Shown here in pieces: positions 1-12,279 of a stretch of DNA of 25,942 nucleotides. The stretch is from Octopus sinensis. Its lineage: Eukaryota. Position 1 is the stretch's first letter; each line of letters opens with the position of its first letter. The notes beneath the pieces are model-generated. The model did not search any database, was not told the DNA's origin, and saw nothing but the letters and a program-made list of their open reading frames with translations. The position numbers and the translations under genes were made by a program. Location of the stretch: positions 1-25,942 of the forward strand of contig NW_021835629.1 in the NCBI RefSeq assembly GCF_006345805.1, written 5' to 3'.

Positions 1-4
1 TGTG

Positions 5-40
<36 letters not shown>

Positions 41-64
41 ACACACATACATATATATATATGT

Positions 65-202
65 GTGTGTTTGTCCCCCCTACCATCGCTTGATAACTGA
101 TGTTGGTGTGTTTACGTCCCGATAGAATAAGTACTAGGCTTACAAAGAATAAGTCGATTTGTTCAACTAAAGGCAGTCAAATGACTGAAACAAATAAAAG
201 AA
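65..202 (+). mobile_element. SINE family A 3' half with internal deletions
   Basis: TGTTTGTCCCCC..GGTGTGTTTACGTCCC..GATAGAATAAGTACTAGGCTTACAAAGAATAAGT..CAGTCAAATGACTGAAACAA matches the 11021-11430 copy. Confidence 0.85.
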
Positions 203-1406
203 TATATATATATATATATAATCGATAAATTGCACACACACATGTATGCATGTCTATATGTACGTGATAAATTGATTCTCATCATTAACCCTTTGTTTCT
301 AGCACATGTATGTATCTAAAATTGAACGTACATACAACACAGCAGGAACAGAAAGAGCAAACAAAGAATATTAAGGCTTCACACAAATTTGCCTTAACAT
401 AGAAAGGGAATATCTCGCGACTACTTCTAAAATCGTTTCCAATTTGCGCACAAAAATAAAGTCGGAATTTACTAATGAAATTAAAAATTATAAGTCATTT
501 ATTCTAAAAGTAATGAAAATATATTTGATAGGAACTACCTATATGTGCGTATTTATACACACATACATACATGCATACACACACACATGAATGTAATTAT
601 ACCATACTATATACAATTTTGTTGGTGTATGCGTCCACGTGTGTCTGTAAGTCTTTACATGTATATGCGTCTATCGCACCAATGCCACAAGACGCCTATA
701 TGTAAAGGGACCGGTACCGCAATCTTCAAACATATCCATCACATACAAAACTACCACTCAACCACCACCACCTCCATCAAGATCATTATCAACAATCTTG
801 ATTCACCACTATTACAACCGCGTTCTCACAGATAGTAAGCTACGAAATAAACTGCCGCCAAACCGCCATTTATGTCACAACACATTAAACACTTAAGCTA
901 TTGTCTTTTAGTGACCAATTCCTTAAGTCTCATGTAAAATGTCCAGCTGAAAAAAATCTCTCGTAACACACCATTTCACACCTCTACTGGTGTTAGTCAC
1001 ACTTTTCTTGAGACAACTTCCAGCTAACTTAGTTACTCATTCTATCGTCTGCTTCTCGTCCATTTTTCACCTCGCTATTTGTTTTGCAGTTTCCGAACTT
1101 ATTTTTAATTGTAGTTGTGTTAGTGAGCGAACTTTTTCTTTGTGTGAATACATATATATATGTTCGTGTTAGTTGTGTTGCAGTGGGGGGGGGGCATGAT
1201 ATATTTTGGATCTGTGTCACACATCCTATCGTCTACATTTCTTCCAATTCTCTTATCTAACATATTGTTTTCACTGTTTATTCCATTTCTCTCTCACATT
1301 CTCTCGCTCTCAGCGTATGTGATCCGTGTATGTTTGTGCATCTTTATATGAGTATATTTCTAAATGTGACAATATAGGTATGTGTGGTACACACACACAC
1401 ACACAT

Positions 1407-1467
<61 letters not shown>

Positions 1468-1485
1468 CGCATGTGTTTGTGTGAG

Positions 1486-1620
1486 GGCGCATGTCCTTGC
1501 ACGCACGATCTCGATCGTGATTTTCGGCACCGGGTGGTGCATTAGGTTCTTGAGCAAAACACTCCATGTCACGTCGCTTTGCGGTCACTTCAACACTTCA
1601 CATGTGGTGCGCCGTGCATC
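1486..1620 (+). mobile_element. Degenerate SINE of a third family (tRNA-like head)
   Basis: CpG-rich GGCGCATG..CACGATC..CACCGGG..TTCTTGAGCAAAACACT; CTTGAGCAAGACACT-like motifs typically follow tRNA heads in metazoan SINEs. Recognised from memory, with no second copy in the window. Confidence 0.45.
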
Positions 1621-1797
1621 AGTTCAGGCAACGTCGATTTGATGGACGAAATTAGCGAATGTTCAGCAAACTTGATCAATATAAAGAATTACAGAACCGT
1701 CTTTCTCGGACTGACTACTGTATGAATATATATATATATATATATTATATTATATTATATTATATTATATTATATTATATTATATTATGATATATAT

Positions 1798-1975
1798 GGC
1801 GATCTTAGCGGTACTTCGTCGTCTATACGTTCTGAATTCAAATTCCGCCGAGGTCGACTTTGCTTTTCACCCTTTCGGGATCAATAAATTAAGTACCAGT
1901 TGCGTACTTGGGTTGATCTAATTGACTGGTCCCCTCCCCTCCAAATTTCGGGCGTTGTGCCAAGAGTAGAAAAGA
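1798..1975 (+). mobile_element. SINE family B copy
   Basis: ACGTTCTGAATTCAAATTCCGCCGAGGTCGACTTTGCTTTTCACCCTTTCGGGATCAATAAATTAAGTACCAG..TGTGCCAAGAGTAGAAA. Confidence 0.85.
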
Positions 1976-1978
1976 ACA

Positions 1979-2009
<31 letters not shown>

Positions 2010-2959
2010 GCTTGTGTGTGTCTGTGTGTATGAGTATATGTGTGTGTGTGTTTGTATAAATATATACAGAGGAGGAAGGTGATGGCCACAAGAGAGAGAG
2101 AGAGAGAGAGTGTGTGTGTGTTGTGTGGTGGGGCGTGAAATGCAGTTAGTTCTGTTCTGGGGCAATGAAAGCAGCACCAGAATTGTTTATCATGGTTGAC
2201 ACGTCTACGTCTGGCTTTAAATGCCACCATATCTCGCTCGTCAGACTAGCCACGGACCTATATATGTATCTTTGTCTCTCTTTCCAGACCGTATATCTTT
2301 CTCTCTTTCTCTCTTTCTCACTCCCTCTCTTTCACTCTCTCTCTCTTTCTTTCTCTGATTAGCAGTCTATCAATTTAGATATCTATTTGTTTATTCATTT
2401 ATCCGGCTATCTATCTATCGATCTGTCTATTTACCTAACCATCTCCAACCAACAATCTACCTGTCTAATTTTGTCAGTCACAAACACACGAAGCATTTCT
2501 CTACATCCTGGTTCTTCCGTCATAATATATACCCGCGCGCGCACGTGTGTGTGTGCAGGTGAGTCTATTTCTCAAATCGAAATAGTTTGAGAACTGATAG
2601 GTTATTGACCTGAAACTGGTGTAATTCGGCAGAAGATAAGTCATTTATCAGGCACAGAGTTTACTTTCTTTAGACGTGTTAACTCCATTTCGATCCGTTA
2701 AAATTCAGCCAAATTTAAGCATACAGACGTGTACACATACATGTTTGCATGTAAATGAATTTATACATACATGCATAAGTACATCCATGCATGCATACTT
2801 GAACAGATACATACTTGTGTCCATACATCGTACAAACATCCATGTATACGTAAATGCATACATTCGTACTTACAGACAAGTATGCATATAAGTATAAACA
2901 CATACACATTCGTCTATATGCGTATGTGTGTGGGAGGGGTTGATGTATGTATTCCCACA

Positions 2960-4045
2960 AAACAGTTGCTTTGGGGTCCCCGTATTACCCACTCGAACTA
3001 GTAGTACACTCTACTTTTTGATGCTCCGAATGACGGTGGCTTCAAAGCTAATCTTTAGAGCTTTCCCTAGAAATTCGGCATCCGAACAATGTGTGAATCA
3101 CTTCACATAGACTATGTGTCTCAAACGGCATTGGTGATACCATTCGAACATCTTAACTTGGTTTTTGCTTCGTAGCCATACAATAAATCGAAGAGCAGAC
3201 TAGTTTTATAGAAGGATATCTTTGTGCTTAATCCGATCATGTGCTGTGACCAAAGCCTGCCTTCCAGATTTCCAAAATCTGTCGAAGCCTTCTTCATCTG
3301 GTGCAACCTACAACATAACTTCAAATTCATTTCTAAACTAAAAGCTTTGCATGATGCATTAAAAGCTATTACCAGGTCCTGCAGTCCCTGTTCTCTGTAA
3401 GATATTTAATCACAATTATCAGCACAATGGTTCCTTTTCAAGAGACTCAAGAATGCTAGTATGTGCGGCAAATCTCCTGAGGTTCAACAATATTCCTGTC
3501 GTTCAAACCCGATCTTAGAATGACTTTGAAATTCTACCAAGAACACTGTTGTAAAGAGCAAATAACGCTGGCGCAACGCCCTCTCCTGACTTTACTCCAC
3601 CTTCACCAGGAAAAGGTTCAGATAAAGTTCCATTAAAGTACACTCTTTGTCATGCAAAGATTCTATCAGGTCTGTAAGCTTGTTAGGACAACCAAAATTC
3701 TTGAACATATTCCATAGCATTGATCAGGTGACTGTGTCAAATGCCTTGATGAGATCCTCAATGTGCAGTAAATATCATGTCGCTAGAGCCTCTTTGTGCT
3801 GTAAAAGCACATTGCGTTCTTGGAAGGACGTCATTTGACACTGTGGAAAGCAATTCATTCAGTATAATTCTTGCGGAAAGAAACTTTTTCCACAATAGAG
3901 AACAGTGACATGCCTCGAAAATTTCCGCACTCAGAATTCTTACCCATCTCAAACAGGGTTATATACCAAGATAATGTCTCTCCAGTCATGAGGTGTTAAT
4001 GAGTCCCACGTTTGAGAGATAACCTCGTACAACATACTTTTCAGC
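2960..4045 (-). mobile_element. Degenerate RTE-clade LINE reverse-transcriptase fragment (stops, frameshifts, internal deletions)
   Basis: Minus-strand translations give, in the expected order: QTWDSLTPHDWRDIILVY; KKFLSARIILNELL..VLPRTQCAFTAQRGSSDMIF; DLIKAFDTV; FGCPNKLTDLIESLHD; EPFPGEGGVKSGEGVAPALF; NHCADNCD (degenerate YADD, ~3415-3426); QDLVIAFNASCKAFSLEMNLK; KKASTDFGNLEGRLW..TKISFYKTSLLFDLLYGYE; EWYHQCRLRHIV. Confidence 0.9.
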
Positions 4046-4204
4046 TATTCATACAGACAGACAGACAGACATGTACCATCCGTTCATTTCCTGTACATAT
4101 ATTTTTACATAGTCCTATATGGCTTTGGATAAAATTGCATAACCTTACGTTCCGAGTTCAAACTGCGCACAGGATTCTCTTACAATATTAATAAAACAGA
4201 AGCC

Positions 4205-4310
4205 AAGTTCTGGGACGGATTTAATCGATAGAAAAAGAAACTGACGGTGGTGCTCCAGCATGGCTATATTCAAATGGCTGAAAATTGGTAGAATGATGAT
4301 AAAAGATATC
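4205..4310 (+). mobile_element. SINE family A 3' remnant
   Basis: GGTGGTGCTCCAGCATGGCTATATTCAAATGGCTGAAA resembles the family A 3' end. Confidence 0.6.
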
Positions 4311-4963
4311 ACAGCTACTACTAATAAATTCACTTCATACCATAATTTAGCTTCGATTCGATCCCACGAGCTTCGTACTCAAACGTCTTGTGCTACGTTA
4401 AGCCGTTTACAGTCACTGCGCTTCAAACTGATATAATTCTGTACTAATTAAACAAATATAAGCATTCCGATGTTGTATTTTTAATTAATTACAGTATTAA
4501 TTAAATAGATAATTGATTGATTAACTTTGTTTATAAATAAGTTTTGTGGGTTGAATGCGCAGAAGCGGGGAGGAAGGAAACATTTTGTCTTTATTTTTAT
4601 TTTTAATAGGTTTGTTATCTAAATTTTTTTATAAATAAATCAATAATCTTTTGGAATATTTTTATTTGTTGTTTGTAGTTAAATTTCAATTTTCTTTTCC
4701 TCTTATCTCGGGGATTTTATATCCGTTGGGGTTAAAAAAAAATAAAATCTTAAATTTTTTTTTCCTGATTTCTCTACACACTGATTGACTTCTAACGAAT
4801 AAACAAAGAATTTAAGAGAAAATCAACAAAAGCAGTTAGACGGGCTTTTCCTCCCTCTTTTTTGTTTTGTCTGTTCAGTTTTCTCGTAGTAGTTGTTCAT
4901 ATCGTTGTTATTGTTGATAGAGCAGCAGCAGCAGTAGCAGCAGCAGTAGTAGTAGTAGTAGTA

Positions 4964-4996
<33 letters not shown>

Positions 4997-5050
4997 CAGC
5001 AGCAGTGGTTGTGGTGGTGGTGGTGGTTGTTCTTGTTGCTGCTGTTGTCG

Positions 5051-5125
5051 TTTAACCCCAAGTCAGCTCCGACTGAACAGATGATCAGAGACGTTCCAGT
5101 GTTGACATTCCGGTCTTTTTCTCCA
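5051..5125. repeat. Short interspersed repeat (family D); further copies at ~8134-8190 and ~10434-10482
   Basis: The three segments share AACCC(C/A)..GTCA(G/A)CC..GA..GATC..ATTCCAG; two of them are directly preceded by (GTT)n. Confidence 0.5.
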
Positions 5126-5523
5126 GAATCGAGCAGCCAGACTAGCCGTCCTCAACCAAGGCCCATGTGACACCTGAGAGTCATCTAAGATTTTGGGGTG
5201 TCCACACAAGCAAAATAGTAATTTGGGAACCCACAGTAGCATTTTAGGGGTTCACGAAAAAGTTATCCTTCAGATGAATTAATTGCAAGAAACAGCCAGA
5301 TTTCTTTTTTCTAACTTTTTACATAGTTCAACCGACACAAGTTAATAAATGAACAGAAAATTTAGAATTTTGAAATAAATATCTATAAAACTAATTTATA
5401 AACATCAAATGGCCATGAGGATCCGCTAGAGAAAGCAGTAATCAAAGAGGTGCATAGCTACCATCGTATTTTTATGTAGATATGGGTTGAAATGTACGAG
5501 GCTAAGTGTCAAAACAGGCTGCT

Positions 5524-5554
<31 letters not shown>

Positions 5555-6459
5555 ATGATGCTGATGATGATTAATCCAAAGTCAGTCTCTGAAAATGTTT
5601 TTTCACATTATACCCAAGAAAACGTCTATCTCTTTCCTTTGTTGTTGTACATAAGGGTGGAGTTATAATTCGGGATTTGACTGCTATTTCCACCGTCTGC
5701 GTGTGAACGTCCTCTCATTGGCTCATTTTATCTCTTTACCTCACTGGTTTGGTACTCAGAGTAGTGAAGAATTTTACAACATCTACTCCAAGACTATCGA
5801 TGCACACTGACCACATAATCTCTCATTGACAGCTAGGGAGACTCCAAGTAGCAATTCGGTTTGCAAGAAATAACAACCAAATGTTCCCTCTTAAAAAGAT
5901 GGGTACACTAGGTAATTAGTCTTAGACTGCACCTGACAATTAATAATAGGAATGCCGTTGCTTACAAGTAGGGTGGGGGGCCTGTATGTGGTCACTTGAT
6001 CTGTGAAAAACAGTAACGATACAACCCTCTTAGAAACTACGCACTTGATAATGGTTTCTAATGTAGAGATGTATTTTGTAGAAATTTTATTTATTAAATT
6101 TGGGGTTGCATTTTGTTTAGAATTTACTCATGCATAAAGAACTTTGTAAGTAGGTGTGTATATTTAGGTGTGTCAGCTTCAAGTCATACGACTGCTTTAT
6201 TAGTGAACCTCTCAAACCCGCATACCCAAGAAGGATTTTTAACTCAACCGGGAGTATATAAAGTCAAGCTAAACTTCAATGCATCATAGTTCAACAATGG
6301 CTTAGCTAACCGAAGCTTCGAAGTCACTATCAATAGTATTCTTGTGTAAGAAAATAAATCTGTACTCTATAAAGTATGGAATAAGCCTATCAGATTCCTT
6401 TAAAATTATTATAACTGAACGTTAAAACAAATATTGATATATGCATGTATATCTATTAT

Positions 6460-6632
6460 CTTTTACTTGTTTTAGTCATTAGACCGCGGCCACGCTGGGG
6501 CACCACCTTGAAAATTTTTTTGTTAAGCCTGGCGCTTATTTTATCGGTCTCTTTTGCTGAACCTAAGTTACGGGGACGCAAACACACCAACACCGATTTT
6601 CAAGCGGTGGTGGACAAATACAGGTACAAAAA
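6460..6632 (-). mobile_element. SINE family A 3' half
   Basis: CTTTTACTTGTTTTAGTCATTAGACCGCGGCCACGCTGGGGCACC..ATCGGTCTCTTTTGCTGAACCTAAGTTACGGGGACGCAAACAC aligns with 11030-11200. Confidence 0.8.
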
Positions 6633-6700
6633 CGCGGGCGCACGCACACACACACATACACACATATATATATACATATATGTATATATATATATATGTA

Positions 6701-6761
<61 letters not shown>

Positions 6762-6913
6762 TACACATGTATAGGCTTATATGTATGTGTATATATGTGT
6801 TTATATATATGTATGTATATATAGGTAAGTATATATGTTTATATGTATATTTACATGTATATGCATATATATATATATATATATATGTAATATATATATA
6901 TATATATACATAC

Positions 6914-6948
<35 letters not shown>

Positions 6949-7891
6949 CATATGTGTGTATGTGTATATAGCGTCTGATGGCAAGAAGGTCATATTTGCA
7001 GAATGATATAATTACTTGAAACGATGGAAAAAAGGAGAGCGTATTGAGAGCAGCGATGATGATAAGCAAGGAAGGGGAGGGGGAGGAGAATGGAGGAACC
7101 GTTTGTGTGTCTTGTATATCCGTGTACGACCGTGTGTTTGTAGCTGTCTATTTCTTGTATTAAGGGTAGACAGGTGGCCATCATGTTTGTCAGTCGCTCT
7201 CCTTCACTTATCGCTTCACTCACTCACGCACCACCACCACCACCATCATCTCTTCCTGCTCATCAAACCATTTCTTGTAATCTCTAAAATCGATCATGAG
7301 CGTCGTCCCCATCATCATCATCATCATCATCATCATCATAGTAATCATCGTCATCATCATCAATCATCGTCATCTGTTGCTGTTACTATTGTTATTATCT
7401 TCATTATCGTTATGATTGGTTGGTTATAGGTAATGGCTGCTGTTGAAGTGTTAAGAATATCGAGGCTATCACCTCCGTAATGGACATTCGATGTAGGGTC
7501 AACTCCCTTGGGGGCGAAGTTGGGGTGGAGGAGACCCCACCCCCCACCCCCCCTTATGATGACTTTTAGAAGAAAGAAATGTTTTCTCTTTTTGCTTTTC
7601 TTTCTACTTGTTGGTTGCCATTGATGGCAATGATGGTAAGGCAGAAAATGTTGGTCGTGCTGTTGTTGTAGGCAGTGGTGGTGGCGGTGGTGGCGGTGGT
7701 GGAGATGCTTGCAGTGTGAGCGGTGGTGCTGACGGTGGAGATGATGGTGGTGGTGGTGGTGGTGGTGGTGGTGGCGATGCTTGTGGTACTGGTGGTGTGT
7801 TATTGTTTCTTATGATTTTGGCGTTAATGTTGATGGTGATGGCTGCGATGGTGTGTTTGTAGTTCTGGTGGTGGTGGTGGTGGTCTTGAGT

Positions 7892-8050
7892 AACGTTCTG
7901 AGTTCAAATGCGGCCAAAGTTGACTTTGCCTTTCATCGTTTCGGGGTCGATAAAATAAATACCAGTTGAACAGGGTGGGGGGGATGTCGATGTAATCGAC
8001 TTACCCCCTCCACCCACAAAATTGCCGGCCTTGGTTCCAAAATTTGAAAG
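7892..8050 (+). mobile_element. SINE family B copy, 5'-truncated
   Basis: ACGTTCTGAGTTCAAATG..GTTGACTTTGCCTTTCATCGTTTCGGGGTCGATAAAAT..GGCCTTGGTTCCAAAATTTGAAA. Confidence 0.82.
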
Positions 8051-8530
8051 CAGTGCGTTTAATGTCGCAAATAACCAAATGTTGTTGCTACTGTTGTTAT
8101 GTTGATGATGGTTGTTGTTGTTGTTGTTGTTGTTCAACCCATGGTCAACCTTATTCGAGTAGATCCGTGATTCCAGCTTTGACTATTTCATCGTTATGTA
8201 AATCTGCATTTACACTATCTAATGTGGTGTGACCTTCATTTTCCAAAACCGTAAGGGGTAATTTCAGAGAAACTCTACCTTGTCGACATTTCATCCACAG
8301 TATTGTTCGTCGGTTCGTCGAGTTGTAGATGGCGTTGATGTAGTTGTTACTGTCGCTATGGCACGGTTGTAGGAAGTGATTTGAGAAAGATATTTACTTA
8401 CCATTTCCAGCATGTCAATCGACTGCGTAGAATAGTCTTTCCAAAGCACTCTTTAAGGAACGATAGAAAATTTTATTTGGGCATTGATGGGCAAATTGGG
8501 GTCGGTTGAGGGCGTTAGATGTTGTTGCTT

Positions 8531-8758
8531 TTAACCCTTCATCACCAAATTACTCTGCCAAATGTAATGCGTATTTATTCACATTGATTTGAAGTCATCC
8601 TGGATTATCTCCAAGCTTCGAGATTTCGATGATGTGATTGTTTATTATTAGAATAACATTGTAGGTTAGGAGTAAGAGGCCAAATCTGGCTGCTTTGAAG
8701 AAAAAACAAGTAGAATATTTAGGACTGGGTGTGGCCAGTTTAAATGTTAAAGTGCTAT
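8531..8758. mobile_element. TTAA-bounded MITE-like element (piggyBac-like ends), right end decayed
   Basis: The left end is TTAACCCTT and the right end AAATGTTAAAGTGCTA, a degenerate version of AAGGGTTAA. The internal sequence resembles a common octopod MITE as I recall it. Confidence 0.5.
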
Positions 8759-9032
8759 TGACCGTTATTTTCAAAATATTTAAAATCTTTATTCTACTTA
8801 TGATTTGCTTGGTTCTATTAATGGTTAAAATGTTTGGACATTCCATATTGATGAAATTGACCAATGGACAAGGAGTCTTTTAATGGCGATAAGCATGTTG
8901 GCAGCAGTTACTTTATGCATTTACAAACCCACAACACCACCCTCTCAATTACCGTAATATTATAGTGCTGGTAAAAGGAGAATGTGGCGGGGTTGTTGAC
9001 ATAAAGATATATATATTTATTCTTCCTCTCTC

Positions 9033-9070
<38 letters not shown>

Positions 9071-9073
9071 TTC

Positions 9074-9130
<57 letters not shown>

Positions 9131-9131
9131 A

Positions 9132-9335
9132 ATCTTTTGCTTATTTTAGTCATCAGACTGTGGCCATGATGGGGCACCGTCTTTAATTTTTAATCAAATA
9201 AATCGATCCCAGTACTTTTTTAAGCTCAGTACTTACTCTATTGACCCCTTTTCGCCGAACCATTACTTTCCGGGAACATAAACACATCAACACCAGTTTT
9301 CAAGCAGTGGTGAACGGCAAACACAAGCACACACG
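9132..9335 (-). mobile_element. SINE family A 3' half, diverged
   Basis: TAGTCATCAGACTGTGGCCATGATGGGGCACCG..AAATCGATCCCAGTACTT..CGCCGAACC..AAACACATCAACACCAG aligns with 11030-11200. Confidence 0.75.
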
Positions 9336-9341
9336 CTCATA

Positions 9342-9420
<79 letters not shown>

Positions 9421-9446
9421 ATATATATATATATTATATATATATA

Positions 9447-9478
<32 letters not shown>

Positions 9479-9479
<1 letters not shown>

Positions 9480-9655
9480 CCGGAGTAAACACATAAATGT
9501 GAAACAAGGTGGAAAAAAGAGTACTCAAATACCAGTGGTAGAGTAATATGCTTTATTTAAAGCAGCAGAAAATTCAACGTTCAGAAAGTTCATGAACGGC
9601 AACGGGAAACTCAGAGTAACAGGTTTTGTTGAATTTTCTGCTGCTTTAATAAATA
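9479..9655. mobile_element. Penelope-like (pLTR-type) fragment in inverted arrangement, inserted in (TA)n
   Basis: A perfect 22-bp inverted repeat (9557-9578 vs 9628-9649), a hammerhead-like partial core at 9592-9618, and (TA)n on both sides. The Penelope assignment is inference. Confidence 0.45.
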
Positions 9656-9657
9656 AG

Positions 9658-9705
<48 letters not shown>

Positions 9706-10010
9706 ATGTGTGTGTGTGTGTGTGGTGTGTGTGTGTGTGTTGTGTGTGTGTGGTGTATGTGTATATGTATATATATATGTATATCTGTATACATTGATAT
9801 ATGTGTGTGTTGGACTGGTGGTTGCAGTGGTTGATTACTCTCCTATATCTTCCGTTGCCCACATCTCACTCAATACCGGTTACATAACACCTTCTTCTCA
9901 CCCTACTCCCACCCCTTCCGATTCCTCAATCACAAATTTAATTCAACACTATACTTTAAAAATAACAAAACAAACCACTGTTAGTAGTATCTGAAGTGAA
10001 AAATATGAAA

Positions 10011-10016
10011 TTAATT

Positions 10017-10072
<56 letters not shown>

Positions 10073-10086
10073 TAATAATAATAATG

Positions 10087-10125
<39 letters not shown>

Positions 10126-10295
10126 GTAATAATAATAATAATAGTAATAATAATAATAATAATAATAATTAATAATAATAACCATAATAACAATATAATA
10201 ATAATTATAATAATAATAATAATAAAAATAATAATAATAATGATAATAATAATAATAATAATATAATAATAATAACAATAATAATGATAATTGAG
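10011..10295. repeat. (AAT)n microsatellite, interrupted
   Basis: Direct reading. Confidence 0.97.
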
Positions 10296-10700
10296 TAGCA
10301 TAATCGAGAAAGAAAAAAATAAATAATCAATATAGAAAAAAGCTTTTATGTGAATAGATGAATGTCACGGTGACCTGAAAGAAGCACAGCGTTGTCCACT
10401 TCTGAGCGAAATGGACAAAATTTGTGTATAACTGGTTCAAGACCCAGGTAAGCCCTGATATATGTTTAAGGACATTCCATGATGATGGTGGAGATGGCGG
10501 CTGTGGTGGTGATGGTGGTGGTTGTGGTGGTGGTGGTGGTGGTAACGGTGGCTGGTGCTGATTCTGCCCTGTTATCCTAGTACTGTTGTTGTTGTTGTTG
10601 TTGTTTCCTCTGCCTTGTTTTATTCAGGCATAGTATACCTTGGGCTACATTATCGAGTATGTCTTTCATTTGGGGGGTTTTTAACACAAGGGCGGGATTT

Positions 10701-10732
<32 letters not shown>

Positions 10733-11020
10733 TTCTGTATGTTATTTCAAAGAGGTCGAGCAATAATTTGGAGATGAATTGTTTGGTGGCGGTGATGGTC
10801 ATGGCGGCGGTGGCGGCGGTATTGGTTGATATTTTGCAGTTTTGGTGGTAGTCGTGCCTTTTAATATATTAGCAGTGTGCTTACGGCATGTGTGTGTGTT
10901 TGTGTGAGTAAATACAGATAGATGGATGGATGGATAGGTAGATAGATGCATACATATATATAGATATATATGTATGTATGTATTTATGTAAGTATGTATG
11001 TATATATGTATGTATGTATC

Positions 11021-11430
11021 TCTCTTTCACTCTTTTACTTGTTTCAGTCATTTGACTGCGGCCATGCTGGAGCACCGCCTTTAGTCGAGCAAATCGACCC
11101 CGGGACTTATTCTTTGTAAGCCCAGTACTTATTCTATCGGTCTCTTTTGCCGAACCGCTAAGTGACGGGGACGTAAACACATCAGCATCGGTTGTCAAGC
11201 AATGCTAGGGGGACAAACACAGACACACAAACATGCACACACACATACATATATATATACACATATACGACGAGCTTCTTTCAGTTTCCGTCTACCAAAT
11301 CCACTCACAAGGCTTTGGTCGGCCCGGGGCTATAGCAGAAGACACTTGCCCAAGGTGCCGCGCAGTGGAACTGAACCCGGAACCATGTGGCTGGTAAGCA
11401 AGCTACCTACCACACAGCCACTCCTGCGCC
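11021..11430 (-). mobile_element. Near full-length tRNA-derived SINE (family A here)
   Basis: The minus strand begins GGCGCAGGAGTGGCTGTGTGG (A-box-like), followed by GGTTCAGTTCC (B-box-like, 11367-11377), an internal (TA/TG) microsatellite and a 3' part GGCGGTGCTCCAGCATGGCCGCAGTCAAATGACTGAAACAAGTAAAAGA shared with other copies in the window. Confidence 0.88.
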
Positions 11431-12279
11431 TACATGTATATATTTCTATAAGTATGTATGTATGTATGTATGTAAGTATGTATGTATATATGTATGTGTG
11501 TGTGTGCAGTACGTGTTTGTTGGTGTTGTTATTCCTTCTCTTAGTTTTCCTCTTTGCTTTTTTTTTTTTGGTTTGATCCCTGACGATGTGGATCAAAGGC
11601 AGTCACTGTCGAGACTCGACTGACTCCGACTCACTGTCGACCTGCATTTTCCCATTAAACACCCCCCACCCCAGTGCCGCGTCTGTGATGCTTTGGTGCT
11701 GTTAAACACTGGGTCACTGATGAATATCAATAAACAGTGGCGTAGGGTTATGGCGAGGATAGGAGAGGCATAACGGCGTAGGGGTCCGGTATAAATGTTG
11801 TAGTGTGGGTGGTGATGGTAGTGGGGGGGGTAGTTTGTTTTAATCGGTTATGGTTTCAATGGTAGTGGAAGTTTAGTAATATTGGCTGAAGAGCAGCTTT
11901 CTTGGTGGTTAGTCGGGGTGTATTGACGGCAGAGTCGACGGAGGCGACGATGAAGGGGGTGATTATCGTAAAATTGTGATAGTGGTTATCTTAGTACTGT
12001 GCTTCTGACGACATTTATGATGATGGTAGTGATGGCGACGGTGGTGGTGTTGATCTTGGTGGCAGTTGCAGTGTTGAGGATGGTGGCAGTAGTGGTGGAG
12101 GTGGAAGGAGCAGTGTTGGTGGTCGTGGCTTCACCTTCCGGTCTTCCAAAGGCAATAAAATATGGTAACAGTCAATGACGAAGGAGATGAGGCTGCAATT
12201 TAATCACGTATATTCCACCACCCCACAAGTTTCAGAAATTCAATTAATTATTATTATTCTTTAATTATCATTATTCTTA

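Noticed and set aside
855-875. CCGCCAAACCGCCATTT YY1-like motif suggesting a promoter
   Set aside because: An isolated motif with no CpG island or other initiation evidence.
2556-2564. Perfect CAG|GTGAGT donor that would join the 18060 exon in phase 2 (AG|T = Ser)
   Set aside because: The upstream frame (STSWFFRHNIYPRAHVCVC) runs through a CG/TG microsatellite and shows no COE N-terminal similarity; an isolated consensus donor is expected by chance in 18 kb.
5190-5480. Possible decayed hAT-type MITE (GGGGTGTCCAC..GGGGTTCAC..)
   Set aside because: Terminal inverted repeats and target-site duplication are not identifiable; the resemblance is from memory only.
7504-7513. TCCCTTGGGG, resembling an EBF/COE binding site (autoregulation)
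   Set aside because: A single imperfect 10-mer in a G/C-run patch; one such hit in 26 kb is unremarkable.
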